DNA from: Chiloscyllium plagiosum
Lineage: Eukaryota
Length of the DNA: 64,000 nucleotides
Assembly: GCF_004010195.1 (NCBI RefSeq)
Contig: NC_057749.1
Span: 9,894,728 to 9,958,727 of the forward strand
Reading direction: 5' to 3'
Shown here: piece after piece, positions 50,701 through 59,700 of the stretch
How positions within the stretch are numbered: position 1 is the first letter of the stretch
Layout of the letters: each line of letters begins with the position of its first letter
Translations under genes and position numbers: made by a program
Notes under the pieces: model-generated
Databases searched by the model: none
The model's input: only the letters and a program-made list of their open reading frames with translations
Told to the model about the DNA's origin: nothing

Positions 50701-53700
50701 TTTCTGTACCCTTTCCAATTTAATAATATTCTACGGCAAGGTGACCAGAACTGTGCACACCTGCTACTGTAGGTGTGTGTGTTGCCTGCTACAGAGGACG
50801 AGGTAAAACGTCAAAGGTTTCAAATGGGATAGTATCACAACACAACACACCGTCTCTTGCATGATGCAAATTCACCTGCAAGCCTTTTGAATAGAATATG
50901 TGTGAGCTGACGTTGCACCCACACTGGCACACTGTTGGTATCACAATCCAGGTGTCCCACCACCTGAGCTAACCGATGCACCCAGGGCTGGCTTCGAAAT
51001 CTACATGTCTAATTTTCTCACTTTGTTTCAAGGGGAAGATTTAGATACCTCCATGAGGCCCCTGCTGGCTTTTGCTGGTGTATTTTGTAAACGCATGTTC
51101 CACCTGAAGCCACATGCTGAGCTTTCCTATGTTTGACCATTTATACTTGAGTGTCTCCCTCTGCTGTGTGGAGAACTTTCTCTGATCTCCAACAGTCTTC
51201 TCCAATACCTTAAGTTCCCTACAAGCTGCATTCTTTTGCAGTTTAATTGGAGTTTAATTTGGATAAATGTGAGGTACTGGATTTTGGTAAAACCAACAAG
51301 GGCAGAGCTTATAGTTAAAAGTAGGGCCTTGGGTAGTGCTGTAGAACAGAGAGACCTAGGGTTCAGGTACATAATTGTTCAAAGTTTGCATCGCATATAG
51401 TTAGGATGATTAAGGAGGCATTAAGCATGTTTATCTTCATTGCAAGGACCTTTGAGTATGGGAGTTGGGATGTTATGTTGAGGTTATACTAGACATTGGT
51501 GAGGCCTCTTCTGGAATATTGCATCCAGTTCTGGTTGCCCTGTTATGGGAAGGGTATCATTAAGCTTGAGGGTTCAGACAACGTTTACCAGGAGGATGCC
51601 GGGAATGGAAGGTTCGAGTTATAAGGAGAGGCTGGCACTTTTTTTCCTGGAGTGTAGGAGGTTGAGGGGTGACCCTATAGACCTTTCTAAAATAATGAGG
51701 GGTACAGACAAGGTGAATGGCAGCTGTCTTTTTCCTAGGGTGGGGGATTTCAAGACTCTGGGCATATTTTTAAGGTGAGGAGACAAAGATTTTAAAAAGG
51801 CTTGAGGGGCAATTTTCTTTCCCCATAGAGCATGGTTTGTGGTGGATGCGGGTGTAATTACAACATTTAAAAGGCTTTTAGATAAGTACATGAATTAGAC
51901 ATGTTTGGAGGAATATGGGCCAAGCGCAGGCAGGTGGGATTAGCTTAGTTTGGGATTATGGTCAGCATGTGTGTGTTATGCTGTCATTCTGTTATTGATT
52001 AGGCTTGCAGCAAGGAGAGTATGGCTTTGGCAATGACTGGGTGGTAAATAGAGAGTTTGGATCTTTGTGTATATACAGTATAATTCCTTGAAATTCCTGT
52101 GTGTGAATCAAATATTGCAAAACTCAGTTTGACACAATGTTTATTCATTGACCATCAGAGTGTTTGCATTCAAGGCATTTGTCACTTTAATTTGCAAAAA
52201 TACATTTCAATGGTAGAGCAGCTTTAAGATTTGCTGAATCCTTCTTCAGAACCTTTTGTAACTCAATATCTAGCATGATTCCTAACTTTTGGTGAGTGTA
52301 ATTGTAAACTTTGGATTCCATCTTAACCCCACTATTATCCCAAAGGATTGCTCTCTCATTAGCAAGACACAACTGGTGTTGAGTTTACCTGAGGGTTGCC
52401 ACACCTCAGGTGAGAGACGAGTTTGAGAAGGTGGGATCTTCATGATAACCTCAGACAGTGCAAGAATTAAGGCTGTGCTGTCAGTATCACCCCACATTGC
52501 AAACCAGCTGTCCAGCTAACTGACATCTCTCCTCTCCATCTTAACTCTGTTGCATTTTGCTTTCCAGTGTCAACATTGCAGACATGTTATCCAAGATGAG
52601 GCAAAGTCAGCAGTCGTTAAATGCCATCACTGAAGACAAAAGCCATGTCAATGAGATCCAGGAACACATTCACGTCGTGAAAAATGGCATTAACAGCTTA
52701 ACTAACACTAAGGTATGACTTGAAAACTTCTGGATTATGCTTCATTGGGAGTTTGATATCTCTGCCATAATGTATGTTTGGACTGGTGTTGCAACTGAGA
52801 TGGGAAGAGTGAGTTGTCATTCCTGCATCCCCAGACCACAGCATAAACTTAACAATATTTTACCCAAATCCCGATTCAACCAGTGGTATGCTTGCTCCAT
52901 TTTAGACCTATATTAAAAAGATGCATTGACTAGGTTTCTTTAGTAGACACAAAATTATTGATTAGTTATGGGAAAGAAAAAGCAAATCTGCCCAGTGAAG
53001 ATGCAGCATTGGTTAGGGTTCAGGTTACTTTGTGAGATGAATACATAAATGTTTACCTCTCTTTCCCAAGGATAGCAGCAAATCAAGAAGGTGGGCTCAT
53101 TACTACACATTCTGCTAGGTAGTTAAGGTTAGGCAATAAATGCTGGCAATCCTGAATTAAATAAATAGCCTCACACGCACATCCTTCAGATTAAAGAGAT
53201 AAAATGGATTTCTCTCTTCACAGGTTCATTTTCTTTTTTTAAAAAAAGCACTTTCTAGCTAAGATTAGTTATTCTTGAAGATAAAAAAAAATAAAGTGTG
53301 GAATGTCCTGAAGTCTGTAGATCTGGCAGTCAAGTCACTAATCATAACTGTCAGTCTCTGGTATACTTTCCATGATCAGCTGACATATCTGTTCCTCTGT
53401 CTCCTGCTGGCTATTGAGAGACCAACGCTATAGCCCCATCATAATGATTACTCCTTTCTTGTTTCTCAGTTCTACCCATATGGTCTCGCTGAATGGGCAC
53501 CGCCAAGATGTCCTCTCTGAGTAGAACCGTGCCAATCATCTTAATCAGTGATGCAACTCCTCCACCCCCGCTCCCCCCACACCCACTCATAGTGGTCTCC
53601 TCTACATTGGGGAGACTCTCCACACGCATTCACGCGCGTGCATGCACACGCAGACATTTTCCCCCCTGCCCACCCATCTTGCCTGAAATATCTAAACCCT

Positions 53701-56700
53701 GGAACATTGAGCTGCCAGTCCGGCCTTTTTCTCAGCCAAGTTTCTGCAATGGCTGCAACATTGTAATTCCATGTAGTAACCCAGGCCTTAAGTTCATGTG
53801 TTATACTCTTTGCTTTAAGTTAAATACACATTTTCATTATCATTCATGAATACTAAATGCACCTGTGTTCATTAGCCTGGTCTTGCCTATCCTTCCTATT
53901 AGACTCATTTCTCAATCATTGCATATGCTGACCCACCACTCTGGCTCCCCTGCCATGCCATACAAATTTAAACCCTCCCAAATTACACTGGCAGGACTCC
54001 CCTGCAAATGGCAGTGCGTGCTGGATCAATTGTTAATTTTAAATCTTAGATAATTTTTGTGAAGCAAAGGAATTTGAGCCAATGACAGATGTGTGGAGTT
54101 AAGCTACAGATCAGCTGTGATCTTATTGAATAGCAGAACAGGCTTGAGGAGGTGAATGGCCTACTCCTGTTCCTGTTTCTGAGTAACCTGTTATGGACCA
54201 GACCAGGCCTCTCAAACTATTTTAAGAAGGTAGCCTAGCCCCTAACTTTTTCTTAGTTTAAAGTGAAATGTAAAGTGCCGTGTTCCAGATGCAGTGTGAC
54301 TGGTCAAACTACTCCATATTAACGCTGAAAATGTGTTGCTGGAAAAGCGCAGCAGGTCAGGCAGCATCCAGGGAACAGGAGAATCGACGTTTCGGGCATA
54401 AGCCCTTCTTCAGGAATGAGGAAAGTGTGTCCAGCAGGCTAAGATCTTCTCTTTTCCAGCAACACATTTTCAGCTCTGATCTCCAGCATCTGCAGACCTC
54501 ACTTTCTCCTAATCCATATTAAGCAAAACACAATTTGTTTGAACACTATTGATAAAATACAACCAAAGAAAGAGGAATTTAGAGTAGCGTAACTATTGGA
54601 AACTTAACAGAATAGTTGATACAATTGCTTTATTAATTAATGGTTACAATATAGTAACATCCCATCAGCATACTCTTTGGCAAATATAGAAAACAGATTT
54701 AGTCTCCCATGCAATCTAGCAGCTGAGGAAGAGAATCCCCAGCTTTTGGCTGTAATCGGTGAGGCGGTAAGAATAGCTTCTACCTCTTCAAGCCCACAAC
54801 AGCAACTGCTTTAAAGTTAAACCTAAAAACGAAATTAGAAATTCTGGTCTGAGAGCTGGCCACAACCCATTCAGGCTGATGCTATTGTTCCAATGTTTTA
54901 AAATAACCCAAGTTGTTTATTCTAATGGTTTTGGTGCACCGTTTGGCACCACTGCCTTACAACCTCCCTTTTAAAAACAGAGACTAGGACAAGATAACCT
55001 CTTAATGCCACAGCATTGTCACAGACGTCAGCATTCGGCAGCGTGCTGTTTTTTAGATTCTGTACCATTACGTGAATTGGTGAAAAAAATAGATCAAAAT
55101 GTCTGGCTCTTTAACCTGGAATCATGGCCTTTAAATTTGAGAATGTAAAATAGTTTACCTGAATCATAAACTACTCGTGCTAGATAGTGATTGTAATGAA
55201 CTGTACCAGGTGAATTTGTGGCAGAGTTCTTTTTGGACTGTTGCACTGTGAGGAATGTTGGAAGATTTGCTCTCAATCTGAACTGTCTAAATTAAATGCC
55301 ATAATTATTCCTTCCATTTTTAACACCATTCTGCATGCCTTTAAGGAATGTTTTTACCCCTTCATGTACTTCTTTTCTGTTGCAACACAGTATTGTTCTG
55401 AAGGCAGAATTAGTATTCGTCAGATGTAGCACATTCTGCATTCTGTAGAACACATGGCATTTCCCCAGGGTGAGAGCGAGACTCAGGCCAGTTTTTGATC
55501 AAAATTCACTTCCCCACACAATCACCCAGGGAGCTTCCCTTCAGAGGCTTACTCTCATGAGAACAGGAGGAGTTGCAAGCTTGCCTTCCTTAAAGCAAAG
55601 CCGCTAGGCATCCCAAACGTATTGGTAGTCGAAGGGCCAACTATTCTGCAGAGTCACCCCTGTGACCTGAGATGCAGCCACCTTCCCCAGAGGTGTGATC
55701 ACTACACATTCTCCAGTATGTGGGTTTGAAACATCACTCCTTAAATCCATCATCTCACTCACAAAAGAGTGGTAGACAAGCTTTTAAAAATATCGGTGAG
55801 AGAATAAGGATAGACTTCACCTTCCCAATCAAAACTGTCAGTCAGTAATTTGTCCTGGAGCTCACGAGTGAAACCCCCTCCACTCCAAACCACAGTTCCC
55901 AAAGACTATGTTAAATTGTCCCCAGAGTATCAGATATCTGCTGAATGAAAAATGTAGTCATTGTGTTAGGAAAGAAAAGCTATTTTGCAAATGAAATGCA
56001 GCCATTAACCAACGATTTTGCAGTTAAATAGCTGTAGTGAGAGTGCTTTTGTTTGTGTAGGTAAGCATTAGTACATTTAACAGAAAGGGGTCCTACAAAG
56101 ACAACAGAAGGATCGAAGATTTTACTTTTTAAAACTTGTAACAAAAAAAATGACATCAATCTCATTCAAACAGTAATTAACAGCTGAAGGGTGCTTCAAA
56201 TAAAAAGGGAAATTGCATTTGAAATAGAACAGAACAAAAATATACCACAGATGGTCACAGGCACTTCCTATTACTTACCACACAAACCAAGTACCATAAG
56301 CAATCTCAAAGTCTTTTTAATTCAACTTTTGTTTTGTAGGATCTCTCACTTCCCATCTAGTTGTTTGAAGCTTGAATTGCATTCACCTACAACCTTGTTT
56401 TAGATGAATATTAACTGCCCCAGACACAGTTATCATTGACAGGAGCATATCTACAAACTCTCTCGCACTGGGGTCTTGATAGTCCTGATGACAAAAAGTG
56501 CCTAGAGGTTTCCTTCTCCAAGCCCTTTAAACACCCCTGCTGGGCTCTGGCCCAACATCAACAGCAGCAGTTCTATCTCTCTCTCTCTGTTTCTGTCTCT
56601 CTCTGTTTCTGTCTCTCCCTTCTGTGTCTCTCTGTCTCTGTGTCTCTGTGCCTCTGTGCCTCTGTGCCTCTGTGCCTCTGTGCCTCTGTCCTTCTGTGCC

Positions 56701-59700
56701 TCTGTGCCTCTGTCTCTCCCTCTCTGCCTCCAGAGTCCTGTCCTTTCCAATTGTGTAGCATACACCATAACAGGGTGGCACGGTGGCTCAGTGGTTACCA
56801 CTGCTGCTTCACAGTGCCAGGGAGCTGGGTTTGATTCTACTCTTGGCTGACTGTGTGGAGTTGCACATTTTTCCCGTGTCTGTGTGCGTTTCCTCCATAG
56901 TCTAAAGATATGCAGCAAAGGTGGATTGGCCATGCAATCTTGCCCCTAGTGTCCAGGGGTGTGCAGGCTAGGTGGATTAGACAGAGGAAATGCAGGATTA
57001 CAGGGATAGTGGAGTCTGGGTAGGATGCTGTTAGGGTCATTGTGGACTCGATGGGCCAAACGGCTTGCTTCCACAATGTTGGGGTCCTATGATTCAAAAC
57101 AGAATCTTTGTAATATTCTGAGAACCCTTCAACAAAAGGGTTGCTCAAGAGAAAACTCTTCCATTCCGAGAGAGCCTGACTGTTTTTCCCCTCTATCCAT
57201 CAATTCTCAGGGTCCTCAAACACCAACAGAAAACAAACTGACTGAAACCCCATCCTTTTTGCCCTATGCTTCTTAGCTGTTCACATTCATCATGCCAACT
57301 CCAGATCAATTCAGCTTTTCTTGGAACGTAACATGTCATAATCAAAAGAAAAAATTGGCCTTTCAAAGTACACCACAACGCCTTTTGTTCTTAAAGGAAG
57401 ATTGCACAAAATAAATGAGTTTTTTTCCATCCCATAACAATGTACATGAAGAAGAAAGTTTATGTGCATTACAGGGAAATTTAATTTCTATTTGCTTCCG
57501 TTTTAAGGCAGTGTCCTGCAGTTTTTCACCTTTTTTAAAAATATCAAGTGGTACACTTATCATCCAATGAGTCTTGCCAACTTAGAAGTTCTGGATTATG
57601 CTTATACGTGATGAGAATAACGACTTTCTGTTGAAAGCAAAATACGGCAAATGCCGAAAATCTGACGCAAACACAGAGAATGCTGGTTTAACCCAGCAGT
57701 TCTGGCAGCATCCGTGGAAAAAGAGTTAATGTTTTGAATCCATTGTGATTTTTGTGCAGAGTCATACCAGGCTCAAAACATTATTTCTCTCCTCACAGAT
57801 GCTGCCACACCTGCTGAGTATCTCCTGCACCCTCCGTGTTTATTACCACTTTTCATTTTGCTGTGTTATAGTCTTAAGACCATCCTAATACATTGTACCC
57901 AGTTAACTCGGATACAGTGGGTTGTAAGTTCCATGATTTCTGTATCTAATGACTGCACACAGTAATGTGCCTTCATCGTTTCTTTCACAGGTTCAACAAG
58001 TCAGCTGCCCGAAGGTCCCACCTATTCCATCATGTACTTCAGCTTGGCATTTCTTGGTGTTCATTGTCCTCCAGTCTGTATTCTTTCTCTCTTACTTAAT
58101 ACACAGGTAATTCTTTTTTATTCTTGGGGAAAATAAGTTTGCACTGATATATAAATATATGTGTATGTGTGTGTATGTATGTATATATTATATATATATA
58201 TGTGTGTGTATGTGTGTATATATACATTTTGAGGTAGGTAAAGGATGAGCTAATGTGCAAACGTTCATGTACCTGGACCATGTGTTAGCAATGTGGGAAT
58301 GTGTTGTCTAGTAGTCCTTGGCAATAATACATAGCCATCAGGTAAGTCAGGTACATGTCACACAGTCATAAACATGTACAGCAAGGAAACAGACTTTTCA
58401 GTCCAATCTGTGCCAACCCGATATCCTAAATTAACCTAGTCCCATTTGCCAGCATTTGGCCCATATTCCTCTAAACCCTTCCTACTCCTGTACCCATCCA
58501 GAGTCCTTTTAAATGTTGTAACTGTACCAGACTCCACCATTTCCTCTGGCAGCTTGTTCTATACACGAACCTCCCTCTGCATGAAAAAGTTGCCCCTTAA
58601 GTCACTTTTTGCAGGATATTGGGGTGTGAAAGGATCAGAAATCTATGAAGTGTTTATTTGGTCAATGGTATTGCAACTTGACTCTGACCAGTGTACAGAT
58701 AATTGAACCGCTCAGTGAGACCATGAAACTTTAATGATCCCAGTTTATTTCCCTTTCTTCTCACTTTAGCCAGGAGAGCATTTCAAAGTTCCTCAGCTGT
58801 ACCTCCCCAGCTCAGAGTCTCCTTTAACAACATCTCCCAAAACCCATGACCTTTACCATCGAGAACGAGCAGTGAAGCAGCGCCATGTTCTCCTTCAAAC
58901 CACACACCACCCTCACTTTGAAATATATTGTTGTTTCTTTGCATTCACTGGGTCAAAAATTCCCCAAACTCGCTTCAAAATAGTACCATGGGTCTATCGA
59001 CACCTCTCACATTGCAGTGGTTGACGAAGATGGCTCACCACCGTCTTATCAAGAGAAATTAAGAATGTGCCAAAACATGTTTGCCAAATCAATTGAAACA
59101 TGGAAAATATGAGTGGCTGTAGACCATTCAGCCCTTCGAGTCTGCTCTGCCATTCAATATGATCATGGCTGATCATCCAACTTAGTAACCTGTTCACTTT
59201 TTCTCCTCAAAGCCTTTTGATCTCAGTGTGTTAGCACTGCTGCCTCACAGCGCCAGTGACCCAGGTTCAATTCCAGCTTTGGGTGACTGACTGTGGGGTG
59301 CTTGCACATTCTCCGAGTCTGCATGGGTTTGCTCCAGTTTCCTCCCACAATCTAAAAATGTGTGCTGGCTGGGTGAATTGGCCATCTAAATTGCTCATAG
59401 TGTTTGGGGATGTCTAGGCTACGTGCATTAGTCAGGGAAATGTAGAGTAATAGGGTAGGGGAACGGGTCTGGGTGGGATACTGTTTGGAGGGTCAGTATG
59501 GACATGTTGGTCCAAATGGCCTGTTTCCACAATTTGTGGGCGGCACAGTGGCTCAGTGGTTAGCACTGCTGCCTCACAGCGCCAGGGATCTGGGTTCAAT
59601 TCCCGCCTCAGGCAACTGTCTGTGTGGAGTTTGCACATTCTCCCCGTGTCTGCGTGGGTTTCCTCTGGGTGCTCCGGTTTCCTCCCACAGTCCAAAGGTG

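Larger units (their letters stand above)
54189..55023. mobile_element. probable solo LTR with nested PLE unit
   Basis: TGTTAT...GTCACA termini; no clear TSD. Confidence 0.5.

Noticed and set aside
56436..56933. Overlapping low-complexity ORFs (RHRGTEAQ repeats)
   Set aside because: Translation of a (CTCTGTGC)n microsatellite and an HE1 SINE
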